A DNA stretch of 56,958 bases from Bacteroidales bacterium (lineage in GTDB: Bacteria; Bacteroidota; Bacteroidia; Bacteroidales; P3): NCBI GenBank assembly GCA_009777915.1, contig WRKV01000001.1:1-56958 (forward strand), written 5' to 3'. Of this stretch, positions 16,426-27,860 are shown in pieces. Every line of letters begins with the position of its first letter. Within the stretch, counting starts at the first letter, position 1. The position numbers were made by a program, and so were the translations under genes. Under the pieces are notes generated by a model. It searched no databases. It worked only from the letters and a program-made list of their open reading frames with translations, and was not told where the DNA came from.

Positions 16426-17595
16426 ATGATGATGAATATTAAACAAGAAAAATTAACCGATTTAACATCGAAATTATCCATTGATGTTGCCGAACAAGAC
16501 TATCAAAATCAAGTCAAAAAAACGTTGACAGGTTATCAACAAAAAGCCAATATACCGGGGTTTCGTCCGGGGAAAGTTCCGTTTGGAATGATTCAAAAAA
16601 TGTATGGAAAATCCGTTTTGGTTGAGGAAGTGAATAAACTTTTGTCGGAGACACTGAACAAGTATATCGACGATAACAAGTTAGAACTTTTGGGACAGCC
16701 GATTCCTGCGGAAGACAACGAGATTGCGGATTTTGATGTAGCAAAAGATTTCACGTTTCATTTTGAAATTGCCGTTGCACCGGAATTTGAGTTGGATTTA
16801 TCTAAAATCAAAGTAACAAATTATCAACTCACGGTTGGCGATGCGATGGTTCAAAAGTCTGTGGATAGTTTGCTTGAGCGTTACAAAAGCGAAGAGGGAA
16901 AACCTGCCGAATTGAATCAAGAATTGTTTGATAAAGTTTATGGTGAAGGTGTTGTAAAAACCGAACAAGAATTGCGTGAACGCATTCGCAAAGAAGGCGA
17001 AAAAATGTATCAACAGCAAGCGGATAGAAAGTTTACGCAAGATGCGATTCAAGCGGTGGTTGAAGGTACAAAATTTGAAATGCCGGACGACTTTATGAAA
17101 CGTTGGTTGTTTATTTCAAATCGGGAACAAAATCTTACGCAAGAGCAAATCAATGCGGATTATGATAAGTATCGCAATATGCTGAAATGGCAATTGATTG
17201 AGGCAAAAATCATCAAAGAAAAAGAGATCAAAGTTGATCGAAATGATGTGAAAGATTATTACATCAATCACGTGGTTTCGCAGTATTTTCCGGTTCCGGA
17301 AGATGAGGAAGGCAGAAAACGTATCGAACAATTTGCCGAAACGATGATGCAAAATCAACAGGAAACCAAGCAGATTTACGATATGGTTTATGATCAAAAA
17401 ATTTCAGATGTGTTTCGTGCGGAGATGAAAATTTCCGATAAAAAAATAGATTTTGAAGCGTATGTGGACATGTTGAAAAAAGAACATGAAGCCTCGACAG
17501 ATTCAGCTCCTTCAGCGACTGAGACTCCCGAAGTCGACGAGAAAAAACCTGTAAAAAAAACCAGCAAAAAAGTAGAAAAAAATGAACAAGAGTAG
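16426..17595 (+). CDS. tig: trigger factor
   Basis: NIPGFRPGKVPFGMIQKMYG ribosome-binding signature. The start was moved to the first ATG downstream of the promoter box (ATGs at 16426, 16429 and 16432). Confidence 0.9.
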   Translation: MMMNIKQEKLTDLTSKLSIDVAEQDYQNQVKKTLTGYQQKANIPGFRPGKVPFGMIQKMYGKSVLVEEVNKLLSETLNKYIDDNKLELLGQPIPAEDNEIADFDVAKDFTFHFEIAVAPEFELDLSKIKVTNYQLTVGDAMVQKSVDSLLERYKSEEGKPAELNQELFDKVYGEGVVKTEQELRERIRKEGEKMYQQQADRKFTQDAIQAVVEGTKFEMPDDFMKRWLFISNREQNLTQEQINADYDKYRNMLKWQLIEAKIIKEKEIKVDRNDVKDYYINHVVSQYFPVPEDEEGRKRIEQFAETMMQNQQETKQIYDMVYDQKISDVFRAEMKISDKKIDFEAYVDMLKKEHEASTDSAPSATETPEVDEKKPVKKTSKKVEKNEQE

Positions 17596-18256
17596 TCAAG
17601 AATTCCGTAATTACGCCACAAAACACGTTGGTATCAGCAGTTTGGCGTTACATCGTTTCGAGTCGATTTCGAACAGTTACATTTCACCAACGATTATCGA
17701 GGAGCGTCAATTGAATGTTGCACAAATGGACGTGTTTTCGCGTTTGATGATGGAGCGTATTATCTTTTTGGGCGTTCCGATTTACGATGATGTGGCAAAT
17801 ATCATTCAAGCACAGTTGTTGTTTTTGCAATCTTCCGATGCCAATCGCGACATTAAAATTTACATCAATTCGCCCGGTGGTGCGGTGCATTCCGGACTTG
17901 GAATTTACGACACGATGCAAATTATTACGCCAAAAATCGAAACGATTTGTACGGGTGTTGCGGCTTCGATGGCGGCGATTTTGTTGTGTGCGGGTACACC
18001 TGACAAACGTTCGTCATTGAAACACTCGCGAGTAATGATTCATCAACCGCTTGGAGGTGCTCAAGGACAAGCGTCTGACATTGAAATCGCTGCTCGTGAA
18101 ATTCAAAAAATGAAGAAAGAATTGTATGAAATTATTGCTCTTCATACCAAACAACCTTACGAAAAAGTTGTTGCCGATGGCGATCGCGATTTTTGGATGA
18201 ATGCCGAAGAAGCTAAGGCTTACGGGATGGTTGACGAGATTGTTGAGAAAAAATAA
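17582..18256 (+). CDS. clpP: ATP-dependent Clp protease proteolytic subunit
   Basis: 224 aa. INSPGG, GVAASMAA (Ser) and MIHQP (His) motifs. Overlaps tig by 14 nt. Confidence 0.95.
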   Translation: MNKSSQEFRNYATKHVGISSLALHRFESISNSYISPTIIEERQLNVAQMDVFSRLMMERIIFLGVPIYDDVANIIQAQLLFLQSSDANRDIKIYINSPGGAVHSGLGIYDTMQIITPKIETICTGVAASMAAILLCAGTPDKRSSLKHSRVMIHQPLGGAQGQASDIEIAAREIQKMKKELYEIIALHTKQPYEKVVADGDRDFWMNAEEAKAYGMVDEIVEKK

Positions 18257-18266
18257 AAGCATACAT

Positions 18267-19445
18267 TTACAACGCCGCTTTGAAAATTTCAGAAGCCTTT
18301 TTGATGTCTTCTTCCGTTATGATTAGTGCGGGAGTAAGTGCCAACGATTGATAATTGAACAACAACCAAAGTAACAGCAAACCGTTGTCGATACAGGTTG
18401 TAACCACATTTTCAATGTCGACCGAATCGTTCAATTCGACTGCAAGAAATTGTCCTTTACCCCGAATTTCTTTGATTTTGGGATGTTGGAAATAATTTCG
18501 AATTAATGTTTCGTTGTGATTTATTTGTGATAAAAATTTTGGATCGGAAATAATTTCGAGTGATGCCAATCCTGCTGCACACGACACGGGATGTCCGCCG
18601 AACGTGGTGGCATGACCGAGTAACGGGTGTCCGTTGTTCAATCTGTTCATACGTTCAATCGAAGAAACAAACGCACCAATCGGCAGTCCTCCGCCCATAC
18701 TTTTTGCGATGCACAAAATATCGGGAACAACTTCGTAATGTTCGAATGCAAATAATTTTCCGGTGCGTCCGAAACCGGTTTGGATTTCGTCAAAAATCAA
18801 CAACGCACCTGTTTCATTGCAACGACTTCGCAACGCTTGTAAAAACAAGGGGTTTGGAAGTTCCATACCTGCACCCGAACGCATCACTTCAGTAATGACG
18901 CAACAGGTTTTTTCAGTAATTTCCGAAAGTTGTGCGAGGTTGTTAAATTCTAAAATTTTAGCGTCGGGAAGTAAAGGTTGAAACAAACTTCGAAAACTTT
19001 CATTTCCGATTGCACTCATTGCACCCATCGTACTGCCGTGATATGAATTTTTGAAACTGATAATTTCCGAACGATGATTGTTCAGACGTGCTAATTTTAT
19101 TGCACCTTCGATAGCTTCCGATCCGGAGTTCACATAAAATAATTGTTGTAACTCGGCAGGCAACAGCGAACAAATTTTTTGTGCAAAATCAATCTGTGGT
19201 TGTTGAATAAATTCGCCGTACACCATCGTGTGAGAAAATTTTTGCAGTTGTTTTTCGATGGCTGCAATCACTTTCGGGTGGCGGTTTCCCAAATTATTTG
19301 CACACATTCCCGAAGTGAAATCAATATATTTTTTTCCCGATTTATCCCAAATATACACGCTTTCGGCACGTTCTACATCTATAATAAAAGGCTTGAATGT
19401 CGAGGTTTGTGCGAGGTATCGTTTGAAAAGAGCAGATGAATTCAT
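18267..19445 (-). CDS. class-III (acetylornithine/ornithine-type) PLP aminotransferase
   Basis: 392 aa. DEIQTGFGRTGKLFAFEH and SGSEAIEGAIKLAR motifs. Confidence 0.85.
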   Translation of the reverse strand: MNSSALFKRYLAQTSTFKPFIIDVERAESVYIWDKSGKKYIDFTSGMCANNLGNRHPKVIAAIEKQLQKFSHTMVYGEFIQQPQIDFAQKICSLLPAELQQLFYVNSGSEAIEGAIKLARLNNHRSEIISFKNSYHGSTMGAMSAIGNESFRSLFQPLLPDAKILEFNNLAQLSEITEKTCCVITEVMRSGAGMELPNPLFLQALRSRCNETGALLIFDEIQTGFGRTGKLFAFEHYEVVPDILCIAKSMGGGLPIGAFVSSIERMNRLNNGHPLLGHATTFGGHPVSCAAGLASLEIISDPKFLSQINHNETLIRNYFQHPKIKEIRGKGQFLAVELNDSVDIENVVTTCIDNGLLLLWLLFNYQSLALTPALIITEEDIKKASEIFKAAL

Positions 19446-19449
19446 AGTG

Positions 19450-19457
19450 CAAAAATA
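19450..19457 (-). promoter_or_regulatory. -7 promoter box TAttTTTG, 4 nt from the start codon (probable leaderless mRNA)
   Basis: The minus strand reads TATTTTTGCACTATG. Confidence 0.45.
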
Positions 19458-19477
19458 CGAAAAATTTTTGGAAAAAT

Positions 19478-21466
<1,989 letters not shown>

Positions 21467-21493
21467 TCATGTAAAATTTATTAATAAAACATA

Positions 21494-21501
21494 CAAAGAT
21501 A
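21494..21501 (-). promoter_or_regulatory. -7 promoter box TAtcTTTG (gyrB)
   Basis: caaagata on the + strand, 34 nt upstream of the ATG. Confidence 0.55.
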
Positions 21502-21679
21502 CGAAAAATTATTGGATTTTGCAAGTGAAATTATTAACATTTTTTTGTATTCTATCTCAAGTTAAAAAAAACAAAACTTAATTTCGGAAAATACTTACCA
21601 ACAACCTCAGCAGTTGAGTGAAAATAACTATTCATACATTTTCAGAATTATTGATTTTGCCCATTTTGATAATTTTTCG

Positions 21680-21687
21680 TAACTTTG
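21680..21687 (+). promoter_or_regulatory. -7 promoter box TAacTTTG (yigZ-like)
   Basis: 19 nt upstream of the ATG at 21706. Confidence 0.55.
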
Positions 21688-21705
21688 TAAAATTAAACCG
21701 TTTCT

Positions 21706-22281
21706 ATGGACACTTATCAAACCATACAATCTCAGGCAACCGGAATTTACAAAGACAAAGGCAGTAAGTTTCTGTCGTTTGCTTTTCCTGTTGAAACAGA
21801 GGACGAAGTAAAAACGATTGTTGCCAAACTGAAAAAAGAATACTACGATGCTTGTCATCATTGTTATGCCTATATTTTAGGTTACAATAGCGAAAAATAT
21901 CGTGAAAACGATGATGGCGAACCCTCCGGAACGGCAGGAAAACCAATATGCGGACAACTTCGCTCAAAACAATTAACTAATATCTTGATTATGGTTGTTC
22001 GTTATTTCGGAGGAACAAAATTAGGTGTGAGCGGTCTTATTGAGGCGTACAAAACCGCAACAATCGATGTTTTGCAAAACGCCAAAATTATTGAGAAAAT
22101 AGTGCTCAAAGAACATCAAATTTCATTCAATTATGAACAAATGAACACGGTGATGAAAATCGTGAAAGACCTCAATTTACAGGTCGTTTCGCAGAGTTTC
22201 GACAACCGCTCTCAACTTGTTTTCAAAGTAAGGCTGTCCGATGAAAATAGAGTTTTAGAAGTGTTTCAGAAATTAAAATAA
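21706..22281 (+). CDS. yigZ: IMPACT/YigZ family protein
   Basis: 191 aa. KGSKFLSFAFPV...ACHHCYAYILG...DDGEPSGTAG pattern of UPF0029/IMPACT. Confidence 0.82.
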   Translation: MDTYQTIQSQATGIYKDKGSKFLSFAFPVETEDEVKTIVAKLKKEYYDACHHCYAYILGYNSEKYRENDDGEPSGTAGKPICGQLRSKQLTNILIMVVRYFGGTKLGVSGLIEAYKTATIDVLQNAKIIEKIVLKEHQISFNYEQMNTVMKIVKDLNLQVVSQSFDNRSQLVFKVRLSDENRVLEVFQKLK

Positions 22282-22375
22282 AAATCATGCAAAAAGCAAG
22301 GCTTGTGCGGTGATTGCGTTACGGGTGTTTGGAAATTAGAAAGTATTTTTTTTTGCTTTATTATTGGATTTTTTG

Positions 22376-22383
22376 TATCTTTG
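22376..22383 (+). promoter_or_regulatory. -7 promoter box TAtcTTTG (mscL)
   Basis: 20 nt upstream of the ATG at 22403. Confidence 0.55.
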
Positions 22384-22402
22384 TGAAATAAAAACAAAAG
22401 AT

Positions 22403-22819
22403 ATGGGATTACTCAAAGAATTTAGAGATTTTGCAATGCGTGGAAACGTAGTCGACATGGCTGTCGGAGTCATTATCGGCGGTGCATTCGGAAAAATTGT
22501 TTCGTCGCTTGTTGCGGATGTTATTATGCCTCCGATTGGTGTGTTGATTGGTGGTGTTCATTTTTCGGAATTAAGTCTGACACTCAAATCGGCGATCATC
22601 GAAAATGGTGTTCAAATTGCATCCGCCGTTACGCTCAATTATGGAAATTTCTTGCAAACGACATTCGATTTTTTGATTATTTCGTTCTGTATTTTTATGT
22701 TCGTTAAAGGTATTAACACGCTTAGAAAAAAGCCAGTACCAGCGAAACCGGAAGAACCGAGCAACGAAGAAAAACTGTTGAGAGAAATCCGAGATCTTTT
22801 GAAAGAAAATAAAAAATAA
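22403..22819 (+). CDS. mscL: large-conductance mechanosensitive channel
   Basis: [33 protein letters not shown] is the canonical MscL N-terminus. Confidence 0.93.
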   Translation: MGLLKEFRDFAMRGNVVDMAVGVIIGGAFGKIVSSLVADVIMPPIGVLIGGVHFSELSLTLKSAIIENGVQIASAVTLNYGNFLQTTFDFLIISFCIFMFVKGINTLRKKPVPAKPEEPSNEEKLLREIRDLLKENKK

Positions 22820-22837
22820 ATTTCAGGATTACCCACG

Positions 22838-22909
22838 AGGTTCCGAGCGGATTCGAACCGCTGTAAACGGTTTTGCAGACCGCTACCTAAGCCACTCGGT
22901 CACGGAACC
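22838..22909 (-). tRNA. tRNA-Cys (GCA)
   Basis: The reverse complement folds as a cloverleaf: acceptor ggttccg/cggaacc, anticodon loop ctGCAaa, T-loop ggttcgaatcc. Confidence 0.9.
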
Positions 22910-22921
22910 AAAATGGGACTG

Positions 22922-22929
22922 CAAAGATA
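22922..22929 (-). promoter_or_regulatory. -7 promoter box TAtcTTTG (tRNA-Cys)
   Basis: The ggactgcaaagataca context is identical to the tRNA-operon promoter at 34171. Confidence 0.55.
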
Positions 22930-22968
22930 CAAAAAAAAATTGAATTTTCCAAATTCATTTTTTTTTCG

Positions 22969-22976
22969 TACCTTTG
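22969..22976 (+). promoter_or_regulatory. -7 promoter box TAccTTTG (manA unit)
   Basis: 18 nt upstream of the ATG at 22994. Confidence 0.55.
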
Positions 22977-22993
22977 TACTCAAATACTCAAAC

Positions 22994-23971
22994 ATGTCAC
23001 AACTCTATCCATTAAAATTCATTCCTATTCTCAAAGATAAAATTTGGGGCGGTGAGAAAATTGCTCAATTGCAAATCTCCGATACGGCTACCGAAAAAAC
23101 CGGAGAGGCATGGATTTTATCGGGTGTAGAAAACAACGAAACCATCGTCGCTAACGGATTTTTAGCGGAAAATTCTATCAACGAACTTATCGAAATTTAT
23201 ATGGCGGAATTGATCGGTGAAAAAAATTTCGAAACCTTTGGAACCGAATTTCCATTGTTGTACAAAGTGATTGATGCAAACGACGACCTCTCAATTCAAG
23301 TGCATCCCAACGATGAAATCGCCCTTGAACGCCACGACTGTAGCGGAAAATCCGAAATGTGGTATATTATGAACGCCGAAAAAAATGCCAAAATTATAAT
23401 GGGTTTCAATCAAGATATGAATCAACCAAAATTTCTGAAAGCATTGGAAAATAAGGCTGTTTTGGATATTCTTGCAGAACAGAATGTTCGTATCGGAGAT
23501 GCGTATTACATTCCTTCGGGGTGTATTCACTCTATTCGGAAAGGCGTGCTACTCGCAGAAATCCAACAAACTTCCGATATCACGTATCGCGTTTGGGATT
23601 GGAATCGAACGGACGAACAGGGCAACCAACGAAAACTTCACGTGGAAGAAGCACTCGAAACCCTCGACTACAACGCTCGAAACGATGGAGCAACTCGCTC
23701 ACAAGGTATCATCAACGGAACCTCATCGCTCATCAAAACACCGCATTTTCATACCAACGAAATTGCTCTCACGCAAGGCGTAGAAAAAGATTATTCGGAT
23801 CTGGATTCCTTTGTAACGCTACTCTGCGTAAAAGGACAAGGCTCCGTGATTGCAAATGAAAGTTCAGTCGAAATCAAAACCGGAGAAGTAATTTTAATCC
23901 CCGCAACGATAGAAAACATACAAATTTTTCCCGTAAATATCATGCGTTTATTGGAAACATACATCATATAA
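22994..23971 (+). CDS. manA: type I mannose-6-phosphate isomerase
   Basis: MSQLYPLKFIPILKDKIWGG... and LSIQVHPND, SEMWYI motifs (cupin metal site). Confidence 0.85.
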   Translation: MSQLYPLKFIPILKDKIWGGEKIAQLQISDTATEKTGEAWILSGVENNETIVANGFLAENSINELIEIYMAELIGEKNFETFGTEFPLLYKVIDANDDLSIQVHPNDEIALERHDCSGKSEMWYIMNAEKNAKIIMGFNQDMNQPKFLKALENKAVLDILAEQNVRIGDAYYIPSGCIHSIRKGVLLAEIQQTSDITYRVWDWNRTDEQGNQRKLHVEEALETLDYNARNDGATRSQGIINGTSSLIKTPHFHTNEIALTQGVEKDYSDLDSFVTLLCVKGQGSVIANESSVEIKTGEVILIPATIENIQIFPVNIMRLLETYII

Positions 23972-23998
23972 AAACAACATTCTAAACTCTTATCACAA

Positions 23999-25276
23999 AT
24001 GAACAGCGCAATCCCTTTATCACTCGTTTTCCTTGGCTTAATGGTCTTTTTGGCACATTTGTTTGCGGCATTTTATCGTAAACGACGTGTGCCGGACGTG
24101 TTGATGCTGATGATTATCGGATTGGTGATCGGACCGATTTTGGGAATGGCAAATCCGGAAGATTTAGGTGCTTTCGGACCGGTATTTACAACGATAACGT
24201 TAGTCGTAATCCTGTTTGTCGGTGGCACAAATCTGAGTGTGTCAACCTTAGAGGCCTCCTGGAAAAGCACAACAACACTGACATTGACAGCATTCGTTGC
24301 TTCGGTAATTGTACTTGGAACTATGTCGATAATTTTTCTGGGATTTTCAATCAACAGTGCAATTATGATTGGAGCAATTTTAGGCGGAACATCATCGGCA
24401 ATGGTCATTCCCATGGTTCAACAAATGAAATATCTTGGCGAGGAGTCGAAAACCGCACTGGCATTGGAATCCGCACTAACAGATGTGTTGAGTATCATGT
24501 TGGTTTTGGCATGTGTTCAAGTGTTTTTAGAAGGCGAAATTAATTTGGCATTAACCCTGGGCTCGGTGCTTTCATCGTTCACATTTGCAGCGTTAATGGG
24601 AATTGGCGGTGCATTGATTTGGTCGAGATTGATTCGATTTATTCGGCGAATAAAAGATTCGATTTTCACAACACCCGCATTCGTTTTTATAATCTACGGA
24701 GTCGCTGAATTGCTTGGTTTTAATGGGGCTATCGCTGCTTTGTCGTTCGGTATAACCATGGCAAATATAGAAACATTCAAGAGTTTTGTTTTTCGAAAAA
24801 TCATGGGTGGATACGGAAGTAAATTCAACGATACCGAAATGATTTTCTTGAGAGAAATTGCATTTTTACTCAAAACTTTTTTCTTTGTTTATATCGGAAT
24901 GTCTATACTTTTCGAGGACGTGAAAGCATTGCTTGTTGGTTTGATTTTTACAGCAGTGATTTATATCGTTCGTTTGTTTGTTGCAAAATTTGCATCTCCG
25001 AAAACAGCAAATCTATACGACAAAACCGTTATTTCGATGATGACACCCAAAGGATTAGCCGCTGCGGTATTGGCTACAATCCCGCAAATGGCAGGCGTTC
25101 CGGAAGGACCCATGATTAAAAATATCGCGTATGCTGTGGTGTTTTTCTCCATCGTATTAACGTCAATTTTAATTATAGTATATGGTGATAATTCTCGTAA
25201 CCCGAAAGGCTTTTACAAGGTTTTTTTTAGTACGAAAATGAAACCGGAAGCCCAACAAGAAAACGAACAAATTTGA
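23999..25276 (+). CDS. cation:proton antiporter (Na+/H+ exchanger family)
   Basis: 425 aa, polytopic. N-terminal LAHLFAAFYRKRRVPDVLMLMIIGLVIGP is typical of CPA1-type exchangers. Confidence 0.8.
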   Translation: MNSAIPLSLVFLGLMVFLAHLFAAFYRKRRVPDVLMLMIIGLVIGPILGMANPEDLGAFGPVFTTITLVVILFVGGTNLSVSTLEASWKSTTTLTLTAFVASVIVLGTMSIIFLGFSINSAIMIGAILGGTSSAMVIPMVQQMKYLGEESKTALALESALTDVLSIMLVLACVQVFLEGEINLALTLGSVLSSFTFAALMGIGGALIWSRLIRFIRRIKDSIFTTPAFVFIIYGVAELLGFNGAIAALSFGITMANIETFKSFVFRKIMGGYGSKFNDTEMIFLREIAFLLKTFFFVYIGMSILFEDVKALLVGLIFTAVIYIVRLFVAKFASPKTANLYDKTVISMMTPKGLAAAVLATIPQMAGVPEGPMIKNIAYAVVFFSIVLTSILIIVYGDNSRNPKGFYKVFFSTKMKPEAQQENEQI

Positions 25277-25277
25277 T

Positions 25278-25478
25278 ATGGAACTGTTTCTGATAACACT
25301 CGGATTATTAGCGTTTGCTTTGGCAGGTATTGCTATAAAAATGCTCGTCAAAAAAGGCAGCGAATTCAAAAAACAATGCCTTACGATCGAATTTGAATCC
25401 GGCGAAAAAATAGGTTGTGTCTGCGATTCCCAACGCCATGAAGATTGCAGATACTACAATATCCACCATGGAAAATAA
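25278..25478 (+). CDS. small single-TM Cys-containing protein (NqrM-like layout; function unknown)
   Basis: 66 aa: one TM helix, then KK...C...GCVC...C. Tightly coupled to the upstream stop (1-nt gap). Confidence 0.4.
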   Translation: MELFLITLGLLAFALAGIAIKMLVKKGSEFKKQCLTIEFESGEKIGCVCDSQRHEDCRYYNIHHGK

Positions 25479-25538
25479 ATAGTAAATAGTAAATCGTAAA
25501 TAGTGAATAGTAAATAGTAAATAGTAAATAGTAAATAG
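25476..25538 (+). repeat. heptamer array TAAATAG x9 (variants TAAATCG, TGAATAG) starting at the gene's TAA stop codon
   Basis: Read directly. Stops occur in all three sense frames and none on the opposite strand. Confidence 0.9.
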
Positions 25539-25575
25539 TGTACACCCCACAAATAACCAAATCAACAATTAAACA

Positions 25576-27009
25576 ATGATAACCAAACTTGAAAAACTAC
25601 TCAAAACCACATCAAAGATCTACGTGATTGACAACGTCAAAAGCCTTGAAAAAACAGGTCTTTCCAAAGACGAAATCAACTACGTAAAACAACAAAACAA
25701 GCAACACAAACTAACGTGTTTTGAGTTCAATCGTTTTGCATATACGGATTTTGTTGTGATTTTAGACGATGCGAAAACTGAAAATGCAAACTTGGAACAA
25801 GCCCGAATCTCCGGAAAAAATATGCATTCGCGTTTGAGTAAATTAAAATTTTCGACCATACAATTGATTGATGAATGTTTCAAACCTGCGATGTGCTTGG
25901 CTTTTGCAGAAGGATTATGTTTGTCGAATTATCAATTCACCAAATACCAAACTAAACCCAAACATTTGCAATTAAACATTCAAATGGTTTCAAAAAAACT
26001 ATCCGCATCAGAAATTGAAACATTGAATTTACATTGCGATGCCGTTTATTTTTGTAAAGATTTAATCAACGAACCGCATAATTTTCAAACGGCGGTACAA
26101 TTTTCAAAAACCCTTGCCAATCAAGCGAAAACACTCGGTGTGAACGTTACGGTTTTTGATAAAAAACAAATCGAAACTTTGAAAATGGGCGGATTGTTGG
26201 GCGTGAATAAAGGCAGTGCAAATCCACCAACTTTCACCGTTTTGGAATGGAAACCTAAATTGATTAAAAATTCCAAACCGATAGTTTTGGTGGGCAAAGG
26301 CTTAGTGTTTGACACGGGCGGAATGAATTTGAAAACAGATAATTTTATGAACGACATGAAGTCGGATATGGCAGGCGGTGCAACGGTTGCAGCAACTATT
26401 TTTGCATTGGCAAAAACCAAATCCAAACATCATGTTATTGCTCTGATTCCTGCAACTGACAATCGTCCCGGCGAAAATGCAATGGTGCCCGGAGATGTGA
26501 TTACGATGCGTTCCGGAAAAACCGTAGAGGTTGTAAACACCGATGCCGAAGGTCGTTTGATTTTAGCCGACGCATTGGATTACGCCAAACTTTACAAACC
26601 GCAATTGGTAATTGACACAGCAACGCTTACCGGTTCTGCCGCACGTGCTCTCGGAAAACACGGCATCGTTGCAATGCAGAAAAATGCCGAAACATATTTT
26701 TCAACGCTGCAAAAATCCGGCGAAAATGTTTGCGAACGAATCGTCGAATTTCCGCTGTGGGACGACTATGCAGAAGAATTGAAATCGGAAATTGCAGACA
26801 TCAAAAACTGCGGATCAGCGTACGCCGGAGCAATTACAGCAGGCAAATTTTTAACTGAATTTACAGACTACCCATACATTCATTTAGACATTGCCGGCGT
26901 GGCATTCAACACAACTGCCTACAAATACTTCGGAAGTCAAGCATCAGGTTTTGGTGTGCGACTTCTATTGAAATTTTTTGAAGAGTTAAGAAATCAACAA
27001 TTAAATTAA
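25576..27009 (+). CDS. pepA: leucyl aminopeptidase (M17)
   Basis: 477 aa. VGKGLVFDTGG, DMAGGA and NTDAEGRLILADAL motifs. Confidence 0.9.
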   Translation: MITKLEKLLKTTSKIYVIDNVKSLEKTGLSKDEINYVKQQNKQHKLTCFEFNRFAYTDFVVILDDAKTENANLEQARISGKNMHSRLSKLKFSTIQLIDECFKPAMCLAFAEGLCLSNYQFTKYQTKPKHLQLNIQMVSKKLSASEIETLNLHCDAVYFCKDLINEPHNFQTAVQFSKTLANQAKTLGVNVTVFDKKQIETLKMGGLLGVNKGSANPPTFTVLEWKPKLIKNSKPIVLVGKGLVFDTGGMNLKTDNFMNDMKSDMAGGATVAATIFALAKTKSKHHVIALIPATDNRPGENAMVPGDVITMRSGKTVEVVNTDAEGRLILADALDYAKLYKPQLVIDTATLTGSAARALGKHGIVAMQKNAETYFSTLQKSGENVCERIVEFPLWDDYAEELKSEIADIKNCGSAYAGAITAGKFLTEFTDYPYIHLDIAGVAFNTTAYKYFGSQASGFGVRLLLKFFEELRNQQLN

Positions 27010-27023
27010 ACAATTAAACCACC

Positions 27024-27860
27024 ATGGATACACAAAAACGAAAAATAGCCGTAGCACTCGGAAATGCTGATAAATCCGCACTTGAGGCGGTTTACAAAAC
27101 TTTGTTGGATCATCAAGTTTTGGATCAAATTCAAGTTACATTTTTTCCGGGAGGAATTGAAGGACTTGAAAAAACGTTGGAAGAAGCTTCTTCGGGTTTC
27201 GATGCAATGATTGCTATGCCACTTGAAGGTGTTGATATTCCGAAAATTTGGAGAGAAAAATGGACGGCTCTCAAAGACACGTTGCAGGTTTCAACTTGCG
27301 GAGGATTACACTACATTACGTTGATTTCCGAGAACACAAACGATATCCAATTTCTACCCGATATTGAAAAAAATGTGATGCATATTGAGAAATTTTCGGA
27401 AGCACTGAAATCAATGTTTCTCCTGACTTTACCGAGATTAGCGGTGATGTCGACCTCGAAAAATACCGATGGAAAAGCCAGCAAAGAAGATAAGGAAATT
27501 TTGATTCCGGCAGTGCAAAAAGCATTTGAAAAAATGATTCCGGTTTTTGGAACATTTTCAAGTGAAGTTTTTTTTGCGAGCGACAGTTTTTTGCGGTTCA
27601 ACGGTTTTTGTTTTGTCAATCGCGAACAAGCCGATACCATGATTAATCGCTACGAAGGAATCAACATTCTATTTGAGGCGGAGGCTCCGATAGTTTTGGC
27701 AACGCCAATCACAAAACTAACCGACAAGGAAGAAATTTTTAGAGAAACGCTTTACAAAGTAAATGATGTATTGCGTAGTCAGAAAGAATTTGCCGAAATG
27801 AGTAAAAATCCATTGAAATTTGAACTAAAACGCGAAAATAATGAGTTTCAAGCATTTTAA
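27024..27860 (+). CDS. hypothetical protein; possible degenerate PdxA-fold protein
   Basis: 278 aa. The segment PRLAVMSTSKNTDGKASKEDKEILIPAV...FVNREQ aligns by eye to PdxA PRIAV.GLNPHAGE...YHDQG, but with the catalytic His residues replaced. Overlaps the next gene by 20 nt. Confidence 0.35.
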   Translation: MDTQKRKIAVALGNADKSALEAVYKTLLDHQVLDQIQVTFFPGGIEGLEKTLEEASSGFDAMIAMPLEGVDIPKIWREKWTALKDTLQVSTCGGLHYITLISENTNDIQFLPDIEKNVMHIEKFSEALKSMFLLTLPRLAVMSTSKNTDGKASKEDKEILIPAVQKAFEKMIPVFGTFSSEVFFASDSFLRFNGFCFVNREQADTMINRYEGINILFEAEAPIVLATPITKLTDKEEIFRETLYKVNDVLRSQKEFAEMSKNPLKFELKRENNEFQAF

